Source of the DNA: the human T2T-CHM13v2.0 reference genome, Homo sapiens
DNA: 64,000 bases
Direction: 5' to 3' (one strand)
Assembly: GCF_009914755.1 (NCBI RefSeq)
Contig: NC_060934.1
Program-made: the position numbers and the translations under genes
The notes under the pieces: generated by a model
Database searches by the model: none
Told to the model about the DNA's origin: nothing
Seen by the model: the letters and a program-made list of their open reading frames with translations, nothing else
Shown here: one piece after another, positions 11,861 through 26,148 of the stretch
How positions within the stretch are numbered: position 1 is the stretch's first letter
Layout: each line of letters starts with the position of its first letter

Positions 11861-13593
11861 TACACCTGTCACAGCTGTCACTCACTACAGGCAGATCAGA
11901 CAGTGCTCCCTGAGAGCTGAGCAGGAATCTGTCACAATCTAGCTGTGCAGAGATGCCAGGCTCTCTTCCCTGCCGCCTGGCAGAGTGGAGAGGATGCTTT
12001 TCCATCTTCCCCACTTGGCAGCTAACTCAGTGCAAGGAGAGTCCCGTTTTGTACTCTTGCTCCTGCATCCCCTAACACCCTTGGGAATTTAGGTATCTAG
12101 AGGGAGGGTGGTTCTACCTTTAAGAGATTGCTGGGTGTATAAGAAAATAACCTGGTGCAGCTGGAAGGGTCTGGGACTGGAGTCTGGCACTAGGCTTACA
12201 ATGGTGTTGCTGGTTAGCAGTAGCTTCTTCTGCGTAAGAGTCACTGAACCTCTTCAGATGCCAGCTCCTTTTTGTTAGGAAAAATAGTATGCATTTTGAA
12301 TAGGAATAATCTCTAAGAAACCTACTATGTCTATATACTTCTGACTTTTATATCAAGAAGACGTCATCCCAGGTTGCTAAATGAAAACATTAGACACAGC
12401 AATAAAAAGAAAGGATTCATTGAGACACATTGACCCCTTGGCTTTACCTCATAATTATTTCCAAAGTTCTCATAATCATGGCTGCAATCGATCATGGGCT
12501 TTTGGTTCGCAATGTAAGGAACTGAGAGAAATCCAATACAATACCAGTTCTTAACAGAAGCATGAATCCTTTTTTCCGTGAGCATGAAGCAAAATGTCCA
12601 TATGAAAATAAGAAATAAGTATAAATGGTACAAGGATACACATTCAGAAAAAGTTATAAGACTATTTAAATTAGTTGAATATTAACAAAAGGGAGACACA
12701 TTTTGATTAATCTGAAAGTGAATAAACACAAATTTTATTTCTAATCATTGTCTTATCTCAGAAGAGGTAATGTTACGGAAATATATTATAAAAACCCAAT
12801 GTTCTCAAGAGTTATTGACCAATCATAAAGTTATGGAGAAGTCCAAATAAGTTACTTAAATATTTGTATACTGTTGGGGATTTTGATTAGGAGAAAGGAG
12901 TTAATTCTAGTAATCTATTGGGATGTTATTTAACATTATGTTTTATATTGCACGTTAGGAAAGACGGTAGAGGTAAATCTCAGTATTAACCATTAGACAA
13001 GTATAGCTTAGCCTCAATCTTCACAGAACTTGAAGTTCTAGTGGCTTGTGGTTCAAAAGCTTTCTGACCTCATGAATGGTAGAATGGTAGGTCCATAACA
13101 GTGAATGGAATCCACAAAACGCAGTGTTAGAGGTACATGGATAAAATAACATCCTCCAGCACACTTTGACCCCTTGCTTTCCTAGTCCCCAGCAGTGCTG
13201 GTAGCAGAGGGCAGTTGGCTATGGTCCACTGCACAGGATGGCTGTGATGTCATTTAGGAAGCCATCTGGAGGTTTGGCGATGAGCCTGTCACAACTTCAC
13301 TTGTGCCATGACAAAATGCTGAAGTATCGCAGATTTCTTCCTGGCCCTTAGCTTCTGCTCTAGGGACACATTAGGACTTTGAGGATCTCATAAAATATTT
13401 CTTCCTTCATCCTGGACTCACTTTTTATCCAACACAATGCATCTAATGCATCTTGGGAGAATAACTCAGCCTGCTCTCATGCCTCCTTCTTTCATTTTGG
13501 GGTCTATATTGAATAAAGTAATTGATGTATCAATACATTTGGCATATTTGCATTATTGTGTCTTTAGGTTTCCTAGAAAATAAGATGTATTCA

Positions 13594-13887
<294 letters not shown>

Positions 13888-14498
13888 GTAAAATGTATCC
13901 TACTGTGATCAAACAGGGCATTTGGTTAGAAATAACTGTTGTGGGATGATGTGTGATTCCTATGAAATGGTCTATTAATGGCTTATTTCAATACTTTCAA
14001 AAACTTTTTAATTTTATCAAAAATCTTTAAAGTCAATAAATCTTAAAATATTATAATTGAGCTGATTCTCCCAAGTGCCATTTTTTTTCCTTGAGGATCC
14101 TTAAGATCTCAGGATTTTTTTTTAAAGCTGGTACTAGATGACTGTGGAGATCAGTTTATATGAGTCAAATATAAATTTATAGATGTAGCTAACCCCCATT
14201 TTTCATTAAGCCTTAAAATAGCCTGAGACCTTTTTCCCTGAGGTCAGTCCATGGCAGAACCATTTTTTTTCACTTTCACAAATTTTCATAACCAAATGTA
14301 GTTTGATTAATTAGTGACATGATTTATAAACTCTAGATATAATTCTCAGCTATAGGGAGATTTCCAGTCATTGGGAGCCGCCCCTTTTCATGTAGGCAAA
14401 GAAGCTGTTGCACGTTATGGCCAAGAACACACCGCTGCCTTCCGAGTTGGTGCTGATTTCGCCTATCATGGTGGTTGTGAACCACACTGCAACTCATT

Positions 14499-14794
14499 GT
14501 TATTATGTTTTGAGATGGAGTTTTGCTCTTGTTGCCCAGGCTGGAGTGCAGTAGCACGATCTTGGCTCACTGCAACCTCTGCCTCCAAGTTCAAGTGATT
14601 CTCTTGCCTCAGCCTCCTAAGTAGCAGGGATTACAGGTGCCCACCACCGTGCCTGGCTAATATTTTGTATTTTTAATTGAGACAAGGTTTTACCATATTG
14701 GCCAGGCTGGTCTCAAACTCCTGACCTCAGGTGATCCACCTGCCCCAGCCTCCCAGAGTTTTGGGATTACAGGTGTGAGCCACCAGGCCCGGCC
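14499..14794 (-). mobile_element. Alu SINE (AluSq/Sx-type)
   Basis: Reverse-complement Alu flanked by TSD TGCAACT(C/T)ATT. Confidence 0.96.
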
Positions 14795-15062
14795 TGCAAC
14801 TTATTTTGATGGGCTCCTTGATCTCAATTCCGTCTATGTGCTGCTTCCCATCACTGTTTGCTTAGTAATATTTACATTAATTTTTTCATGTTTGATACAT
14901 AATTTATTATTTTAGCTAGTAGTTAAAATGTATACACAACTGTATTTAACTATGGATCCTTTTTATTGTTGGAAATCCCCTAGGAAGAAACAAATTTGAT
15001 ATTATAAGTATGGAATAGTTAAGACCCTCACACATTTTCCTTCAAGCAAATCAGTTTTTTTC

Positions 15063-16115
<1,053 letters not shown>

Positions 16116-16121
16116 GTAAAT

Positions 16122-16337
16122 CCAGATTTCTTGACACTGGCACCATTGACATTTCTGGCGGGATTATGATTGTGGGGAGGGGCTGTCCTGTGCATTGTAG
16201 GACACTGAGCACCATCCCAGTCTCTGCCCACCTGCTGTCAGTAGCATTCCCTCCCCCAGTCTTAACAACCAGAAATATTTATAGGAATTGCCAAATGGCC
16301 CCTGAAGGGCAAAATCATTTCTGATTGAGGATCGCTA
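16122..16337 (+). mobile_element. MER20 hAT-Charlie MITE
   Basis: GGCACCATTGACATTT...GGGGCTGTCCTGTGCATTGTAGGA...TTGCCAAATGGCCCCTGAAGGGCAAAATCA. Confidence 0.85.
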
Positions 16338-17129
16338 ATTTGAACAGTTGCTTTTTATGATATCATTTGATAACATGCAGTTTCTTAGAAATTCAGCTCT
16401 CAAATTACAGCGGCATAGATTTTTAGAGCTTAGAGAAGTATTTTAATAACATGTACAATTTGTTTCATCTGCACTAACATAAAAGCAAGGTATTTTAAAT
16501 ATTTATCCACATTTTGTCACTGAAACTTACCACCCTACTGCTCTAAAACTTTAAACATTGAATGTTCATTGGTCAAGAAAATTAAACCTCATTGTGTCAG
16601 ATCACTGGGATTTTTTACTTCTTTATTTTTTGCTTTCTTCAGTTTTTAAATATTATTTTAAAATGTTGTCAAAGTCAATTTAACAGCCTTCCCCATCCCT
16701 TCAGTTTTACCACTTTAAATTCTGGAAGATAGTCTAGTTTTTTGGAATTATTTTCAACACAAACATATATAGACTCTAAGGAAGAGTTTGAAGCTCTCTT
16801 TTATGAAAACCATGTGAGATCTTTAGGCAGCAATTTTGGAAAAACCCATATAATTGCTCGAAAGTTTTCTAGATCTTGACTCTGTGCTAAAGAGTTGAGG
16901 TTACCAAGTAATGAATCTTTGAGTAAGTAAAGTTTACTGATCAGAGCTAACTGGGGCTCTGAATTGTAGGAGGTTCTTTTTAAACTGAATCTCCAATAAC
17001 CCTCTATTGTTGGAATATCTACTAATTTTTATGAAGGTATTTCCATGACCACCAGCTTACAACGTGACGCCCCATGTCTCGCTACATCTGTCAGGGCCTC
17101 GTCCCTCTGTTTCCATTAGATTTTGCCTT

Positions 17130-17440
17130 TTTAAATGTCTCTTCACCTTTCGACAGACTGTTCTTTCTGCTAGAGCTGCCTTCTCCCTCTTGTGTAGCAA
17201 ACTCCTACTCCCACTTCAAAGCCTAAGTCACTACTCACCTTCCCTGTGAAACTATCATACATGTATCCAAAGAACATCAGCCTCCTCTTCCTCGGACTGC
17301 TAACAGCCTTCGAACTTTTCTCCATGTTTCATTTACTCCACTTTATTTTATTTGCAAAATTCTCTCCTCCAGCAGGCTGGGCACTCCCGGGGGAAGGAAC
17401 TTCATCTTTTTCAATATTGGTGGCTCTGGCACTGGTCCTT
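17130..17440 (+). mobile_element. L2 fragment
   Basis: GCAAACTCCTACTCCCACTTCAAAGCC...CACCTTCCCTGTGAAAC, typical of the L2 3' region. Confidence 0.5.
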
Positions 17441-17929
17441 TCTGTCTGGGACTGTCCTGGTTCTGTATACACAACTGTCTTAAACTTCTTGCCAGTTACC
17501 CTTGTCTTTGCCATTCAGGGCAGGGCAGGGTCCTCATATTGATTCATGAAGGACACTCTCTTTGTTGGGCGATTTGCACAGTGGTTATGATAGCTAATGG
17601 TCCTTACTGTTTCTGTTTGATTAAAATAGAGGCAGCCTTTTCCCTTCCAAAGACTATCTTTCTGTAGAAGAAATGCCATGGAGAAATTCCAGAGTTACTG
17701 CAAGTACTGCTAGCAGGGATTAGTCTGAATCAGACCATCATATTCTGTTAGTCATAGTAATGGAAAGAGAAGGGCTTTGATATTCTTGCTGGCGCAACAC
17801 AATGAGGACAGGGACCAGACAGAAGCTCGCACACATCTGGTTGTTTAATTCTTTTTGTAATTTATCGGGGACAATCTGTCTCATTTTTGAAGATAACTGG
17901 AGAGAACAGATCTGGAGGAAGGTCTAGAC

Positions 17930-17995
17930 AAAAAAAAAAAAAAAACAAAAACAAAAAAAAAAAAAAAAAAACAAGAAACAAACCAACCAAAAAAA
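17930..17995 (+). repeat. A-rich simple repeat (A/C tract)
   Basis: Direct reading: A runs interrupted by C, about 65 bp. Confidence 0.9.
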
Positions 17996-18654
17996 TGAAC
18001 TTGAAAATGAAAGCTACACAATAGAATATCCACTGACCCTGGTCCTAAATAAGTTCATTCCAGGGGGGAATATTTAAAACACAGGGAAAAAACTCAGACT
18101 TCCCTGTTCATGGAATACAGTTATAGCCACTGACCAACATAGTCTTGAGACAGAGTGAAAGATACTGAAATACACGCCTGAGCAGTTTTCTCAGAGGCTT
18201 TGACTTTGTAGCATGGCTGAGATTTCATTTGCTTTGTAGATATGGCTTCTGGGTTGCAGGGGACAAGGACTTTGGGGAGGTTGGAGAGTTGGGGGAAAAC
18301 TGGCAGCTAAGCAGCTTGCAAGCTTCAGGCTTCTTCTTATTTTCTTCCTTAAAGGGATTCCTGGAAAAGGAAAGTGCTTTGACTGGGGAAACCTTGGCCA
18401 GGTTTGACCTGCTTCTCCTTGCAATTTCAAAAAGCCCTGCTCTCATCCTGGCCTCACCCTAATGCCAGCCTTACACCTAGTTTTTGTAAGTCTGCATTAG
18501 GAATGGAACTGTCGCAGCACGAGGGAATGGCTATTTTCTCCAGAGTCCAACTCCAAGCACAAAATGCTAGGATTTCCTCAAAGTGCATCCACATTGGTGA
18601 GCGTCATGGTTAAGATTAATGATCCGACTTACTCGTAAATTTCGGGTTGACTAA

Positions 18655-19242
<588 letters not shown>

Positions 19243-19579
19243 TAAAACTTATGATAAGTCTATAAAGAGCAATTAAGGGGGTAAGAAACTCTTTGGGAGC
19301 ATGTAGTTTACCACTAAAGAATCATGTCATGCCATAACCTTCTTCGACTGGAAGGAGGCTGGAGGCAGCCTTATAGGCTAAACCCACTCACTTTGGAAAA
19401 CACTTGTTCTTCCCCCGGTCTTACATTATTTCCACAGGTTGGGTTCTGAGCTCGAGCTGTTCTTGCCACATGAGGGGTCTTCTGGGTCTCCTGGCTTGGA
19501 GTACAAGTTGATTATGCAGGTGACCGGGGTCCAGGTTTTATCTCCCTGTGCTCCGAACGCACCCCACACCTCCTCTATT

Positions 19580-19730
19580 TTAGCATATTTTCCAGTTGAT
19601 TGCAAATGTGTGCTCACTCATCTTTTCCCCCCACTAGACAGTAAGCCTGATCTTGCTCACTCGCAGTTAGCTTCTGGACAACTTGTGGCATATAATAAAT
19701 TTTGCTCAACAAAATTTATGAAATGAATGA
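19580..19730 (+). mobile_element. L2 3' end fragment
   Basis: CCCCACTAGACAGTAAGC...TGCTCAACAAAATTTATGAAATGAATGA. Confidence 0.6.
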
Positions 19731-20429
19731 GTCTCTCCAATTTGAATCCAAGCTTTCCATGTTATTTTGGAAACTGCCATGGGAGCTGTGTCTGAATGTG
19801 GTGATGGGTGAAGGTCTCGTACTGTCAGGACACTTCCCTAGGTACTGAGCCATGCTGGGGCTGCCTTTCCACTGGACTGGTTGTCATGCTAGCTTCTGGT
19901 GGGTGTGTTTAAGGTGATACACTCCCATCTCCAAGTAACATGCCGATCTTTATGTTTACAGGCGGTTGGGTAGCTTGACTGCACTGGGGGCTGAGCTGGT
20001 CTCCATGAGGTTGGAGTGTGCAGACTTCATACCGCCCATCCACCTGCCTTTCATTTCCCTCTTTCAAGCAGCCTATAAACTGGGATCAGAGCTACAACCC
20101 AGCTGAACTGTGTCCCCTCTGCCTGTTTTTGTCACATTTCTATTACTTTTTTTTTCCTCAAAAATTAACTTCCAAGACTTAAAACACCAAGAACCACCCC
20201 CAGTGGAAGGCGATAAGAGGGCATGGGTGTGTTTAGCAACTGCGAGTTGTAGTGGCTCCATGTGAAGCATTTCAAATGTAAACTGGGATTAGAATGTACA
20301 GGGCTCACTAACTTGAGTGACTGCTCACCCTCCCTTTCCCAAAAAGAAGGGGGCTTATTAGAGGCAGTACTTTGCCTTAAAGAGTGACTGTTGTTCAGTG
20401 TATTTCTATCAAGCACTTAATACACATTC

Positions 20430-20457
20430 ACACCCACACACACATACACACACACAC
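20430..20457. repeat. Imperfect (CA)n microsatellite
   Basis: Direct reading. Confidence 0.85.
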
Positions 20458-20479
20458 TCTCATAGAGGCTAACCAAGTC

Positions 20480-22380
20480 CTGAATTCCATCGTCTCTCAA
20501 CTGTTTGATTCAATGATTGTTATTAAGCAGTAAACCCACACCAACCATGCAGTCATTGTGCTTCTGAAAAATGTAAATGTCACTTTTTTGGTCTTTAAAA
20601 ATTATTAAGCAGAGAGAAAGATAGCAATTTCCAGTGTTTGCTCGGATGGTAAGATGCAGGAGAATTTGCATTACTCCTGAGAGCTGCCATTGGTTAGCTG
20701 GAGGGAAAAAGGATATCAATTATACATAATCTAAGAAGCCTCTGCATAATAATCAGGCCCAGTAGGGGCTTTGGGGCAGCTTCGTTATTCTCTTGTAAAC
20801 ACAAGAGCCCAGATAGACATGTCAGTCAGGAGTAGCGGCAGCAATTCTTCCTTTTTAACACCTTCACATTCTATTGCTTCAATATGCAAACAAGGCTGTT
20901 TAGCTGAGGGTAGAGCGGTGCTAATGAGCTCCCTGCACTAACCCTGAAGTAAAAAGGTTCTGTTTCACAGCTGCTCAGAGACAGCTCCTCTGGGCATGCT
21001 CAGGTATCGGAAAATAATGCCTTTTAAACAGAGAAATGCCAATCAGGATTTTGTGCATACTTTCCCTTTTCTCTATGTGCTAATGCAATTACCTCACAAC
21101 TTGTGAACTTCCAGTGCATTTGTCTGGTGTTTTTTCCCTAAATGATATGTTCGGAATGTGGATGTGGAAGAACGCTTGCAAAATGCAGGGACTGGGAAAA
21201 CTGGGCATTCTCTTAATGCCTAGAGGACGCTACCTCAAAGCCCATGCTCACGTTTCCGCCTTCAAGGTGGACCGTTCTTTTATCTCTTTTTTCCCCCAAA
21301 TATTATTATTCCTTTTCTTCCCTGGGTCACTTTAATGACCTGAATGGACAATGCAGATCAGGACAAGCTTCTCAAGCCGCAGGGTTTGTGCCCCAACCTC
21401 TGTGGTTTGGGAGCTACCGTGGGTCCCGGGCTCTGGGCATTGCTCCATCTTGGCAACTCCATAATTGGCTGAGCAAAGACACACAGGACGGAGGAGGGGG
21501 GCAGGGAGGGAGGGGGCTTCACATAGCAGTTGACAGTTTCAAATCAAGACACCATACATGATGGCTTTTCAATATCCAATTATTCTCATGAATAAAGAAA
21601 TCTCTTACACAGAAATATTCTTCCAATCCCCACTGGGTTAATTTACCATCTACAGAAACCACTCAGCTTTGCTGGCTAAATAACAGGGTCTGTGATTTCT
21701 TGTGTAATTATAGGACCTCCTCCTTCTCACCATTAATTCAATCTCAGGGCCATGCCTTCTAGGTGCCTGACATGGAAGACAGGGCCTGTCCGTTGTGCCT
21801 GATAAAGGGATGTTAATACCAGCATGAATATCCTCCACTCTTAACCAGCGTCTTAACTCCTTCCCATAAAAAGAAGTGCCGTATTTCCCATCCCTTAGTT
21901 AACCAATCAGCGGGCAGGTTTCTAACCACTGTCTCCGTTTATGACAGTACAGTCAGGTACTACACAGTCAGCAAGAAAGCCTTCCTGCTGGAATATTTCA
22001 GCATTTCAATTATTTATTACATTAGCTTTATGGCATATCACAACCTATTTGAGACAGGTAGAGTGAACTCTTTTCTGCCACACAGAGGCTCATTAAGTGG
22101 CCATCATGACTGGTGAGACTTAATTGTTTTACACCGGGCAGTTCTCTGTCGTAATTTAAATCCCTAGTAAAGCAGCTGACCCCAATTCTCAGGGTGTTTG
22201 GATCCCCACCTAACTTGGAAAATCAGAGCCAGCTGAGAGTTGGCTTGCACATTTTAGCATCTGGTAAAAGCGTGCAAGCTGGTGAGCTGTGCAGGGAACA
22301 AGTCATTGGCAATTGTGTGTGAAAACAGTTAATTAATTGTTTATCTCTGTTAATTTGTTTAAACGATCATAGAATTGTTC
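20480..22380. promoter_or_regulatory. Repeat-free block, candidate developmental enhancer cluster
   Basis: No recognisable TE over ~1.9 kb; octamer ATTTGCAT (20664-20671), FOX TGTAAACA (~20794), T-box TTAACACCT (20855-20863), CCAATCAG x2, TTTATGACAG (21938-21947), TTTATGG, many TAAT cores. Confidence 0.4.
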
Positions 22381-22579
22381 ACATTATTTTGAAGATGTCT
22401 CCTTCATGTTTTTAAAACTGTCTTCATGTCTTCCACATGTTTATAAAAGGGAGTTATACTCATTTAGCAACTCATTGTTTATGATTAGAACCTAATGTGC
22501 AAAGCCAAATTAACAATGCTATTGTATCCAAATTCAAATGCCAAGTGCTTTTGGCAATGATTGCATGTACATCTGACTG

Positions 22580-22953
<374 letters not shown>

Positions 22954-23079
22954 TGATATTTTAAGGCCATGCTGTTGGTTCTAAGTAAAATGATAAAGAT
23001 GTTCAGCCAGGTGAATTTTAGATTTGTGAATGTTCTGCTGTGTTGGTATACTGTTTAGATTTGTCTTCTTATGTGTAAG

Positions 23080-23285
23080 GAAGAGTATAGCCTGTGGATG
23101 AGAATGCAGACTTTTGAGCTGGACTTTTTGAATTCTGGCTCTGACTTAGTGGTTGTGTGATCTGGATCAGGTGAATCAACCTTTCTGTATTTCAGTTTCC
23201 TCATCTGTGAAATAGGTACAGAAATAGTGCCTACCTCATAGGGTTGTTGGAAAGATTAAATTACTGAATATATAAAAAGCCTCTT
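23080..23285 (+). mobile_element. MIR SINE
   Basis: TCAGTTTCCTCATCTGTGAAATAGG...CCTACCTCATAGGGTTGTTG...AGATTAAAT core. Confidence 0.85.
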
Positions 23286-24470
23286 TTAATGCAATACACA
23301 TCGGCTGCTGTTGTTGCTCCTTCCTGTAATATACAATAGCCTTAGTGTTGTTTACATGGTGGAGACATCTAGGCTACCTTCTCATGTGATTATCACCATA
23401 TAGTAATCTGGATTTAGAATTGGTGATCCAATGCTACATCAACAGTCTGTCTTCCTGACAATAATGAATCCAATCTCATTGTCAGTAATATTGATTTTTA
23501 TAGATCTGGAGTGCATTAAGGTTTGCATCAAGATAAAGCACCTATTGATGGATTCACCCATTACTTCGCTCTAAGCTCTTTATGATGGCTAAAAGAACCA
23601 CAGACTATTCTCGTTTAGTTCATTTTATATCATTCATGCACCTCTTATCATGCTAGATATAGTGTATATTGATATAATTAAACCAAGAATAGTGTGCTGT
23701 TTCTATGACTTAATTTTCTCTAGTCCTATAAAGTGGATTTATCTTTTGGTCATATGTTCTGGAGTGGACAACACTCTTAGCAGAATAGGAGTTATAATAA
23801 CATACATAACACATTCAAGTCTGCTTTGAAGGAAGTAAGCAGTTTTTCAAGACAACACAATTTGAATGAGCTGCAATTTGACTCCCCTCTTTCGCTGTAT
23901 CCTGGATGTGAATAGGAGGAACCGATGAATCTTGTGAAACTGGTGTAAGCTGTTGTTAAAAAAATTGTTCTCCTTTTTCATTAAGTGCCATTTGCTCTAT
24001 AATTTAAGGGGTTGTTATGCCCAGAGTGAATTTGGGGAATTCAACAGTCTTCTCCATAAAGGGGAATCTCTGACAGCCTTGTAATTAGCTGGATGATAAA
24101 GTAAAGGTGTGCTGAGATTAACATACTTTATTCCAACTATCAAAGGGAGGGAGGGAGGGAAAAAAGGGGAAACACTTCTGTTTTGCATTTTGATCAGCTC
24201 AGGGAGCTTTCCTTTAATTGGAGGATGCATATAGCAGGAGGGTTGAAGAACTTAGAGTGTAAATGACTATTTTTGAAAGACATCTTCAAAAATAAGACAG
24301 TTGTGTTGAATGATTTGGGGATCCTTTTTTTCTACCATCTGGAAATTAACTGTGTGTTTAATTCCACAGGTTGATTTCCTTTTGTCCCTCCCACAACCAC
24401 CCACCATGAGATTGGACAAGTCTAGTGGGTAGTGGTCTAGAGGTGATGGATCTTCTAGAAGGGTTGCAAT

Positions 24471-24618
24471 CAGAGCTGGCTTCATGAGTGTGCAGAGGGG
24501 TCCCACACATGGTTGAATGCTTTCCTTCACTCTCTTAAAATTCTTAATAGTGTTTGAATAAGGTATCCCACATTCATTTTCATTTGCACTGTGCCCCACA
24601 AATTATGCAGCCAGATTA
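24471..24618 (+). mobile_element. MER45A-like hAT MITE with internal deletion
   Basis: CAGAGCTGGCTTCATGAGTGTGC...CTTAAAATTCTTAATAG...ATTTTCATTTGCACTGTGCCCCACAAATTATGCAGCC; colinear with the copy at 1750. Confidence 0.7.
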
Positions 24619-24786
24619 GGTTGCAGTCAACATTTGGACAATATTAACTCTATTTATTGCACACTATTTTTCTAAGATAACTAGGAAAAATGCTTGCATG
24701 TCAGAAATGTTGTTGAAATATCTGATGAGTTAAGCTGTCTTACATTTCGGCTGATTTCTCTCCTTATACTTTTTCTGCCATTAAAG

Positions 24787-24932
24787 TTAGGGATTAGATA
24801 GACAGATCAGACAAGGCAAGGAGAACTCAAGAAAATTCGATCACTTCAGTGAGTGTTGGTGTGTGAGGAGAATCAAGTGAGAAGTGCTTTTAGAAACATT
24901 CATGCCGGTATGAAGGAGCTCTAGCATGCCAG
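24787..24932 (+). other. Candidate (non-coding) exon
   Basis: CTGAT plus pyrimidine tract then AG at 24785-86 (alternative TAG at 24788-90); consensus donor CAG|GTGAGT at 24932/24933. Confidence 0.3.
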
Positions 24933-25267
24933 GTGAGTGGACATGGCTTGGGGAAGGTTGATGATACCTAGAGACACGTCAGCCTTTGGGTCAGAGCCTG
25001 CCTAACCTCATGGGGAACTGATAGGTGGAATAGGAGGGAACTCTAGGCTCCCACTGGCATGGGCAGGGTTGCAGAGAATTCAGACATTTGTGTGTGCTCA
25101 CGGAGGGGAGGCCAAGCTTCTGAGGGTGGAGGTTAGGGTCAGAATGGAGAGACCACCAAGAGTGAGGGACTCTGAGATGGGAGGCAGAGGGTTAGGACAA
25201 TGGGCTTTGCCCATGGAGCCAGAAAGTTACCCTGCGAGGGTGGATGGCGCTGGGCCACATATTTCAG

Positions 25268-25416
25268 TGGTCAGATCCAGGATCTTAGCAGTCACTCCCA
25301 TCGATCAGGGATGGGACCATGCAGGCACGCTCAGCAAAGGCCCCAACGAACCAGAAGACAAGCGAGAATTCTGCATCATCTTCGCCTCCATGATCCTGAG
25401 GACCATGAGAGCCAAG
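25268..25416 (+). other. Candidate exon (coding status unknown)
   Basis: TTTCAG acceptor with weak tract; strong donor AAG|GTAAGG at 25416/25417; CpG retention; two frames open. Confidence 0.3.
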
Positions 25417-25806
25417 GTAAGGACCTTGACAGACAGATTTGTTACCAGGAGGAATTTTTTGCCTACTGAATCATTCTGAATATGTCAGATTTGTCTAAAT
25501 AGATCCCACCTGCTCCCTGGTCCACTCTTTTCCAGTAAAGAGGCTTATGTGGAAGATTAGATCTGTTATCAAAAATAAATTTTAAATAAAAGCCACATTC
25601 TTTTTGTATATTTTGTGACAAAATGTGTACCTCAGAAGTATTTGTTTTAAAGATGAAATAATGAATTCTAGCATCTACTAGGTATGTCTGGTAGACCTCT
25701 CAGAATGTTCCCCATGATCCCATCTCCCTCTTTTCTCTCTTCCTCTGTCTTCCTTTTCCTTCCTCCTCCAATGCCCTAATTCGGGAATTACTCTGAAAAT
25801 AAGTAG

Positions 25807-26148
<342 letters not shown>

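Noticed and set aside
13190-13216. CTCF-like TAGCAGAGGGGCAG
   Set aside because: An extra G breaks the register of the CAGRKGGCR core
19438-19519. Good acceptor TTATTTCCACAG followed by CAG|GTGACC
   Set aside because: Donor is weak and nothing else supports an exon
25360-25410. Faint resemblance of REFCIIFASMIL to the RPLP1 N-terminus
   Set aside because: Few identities and no similarity on either side; not a supportable pseudogene call
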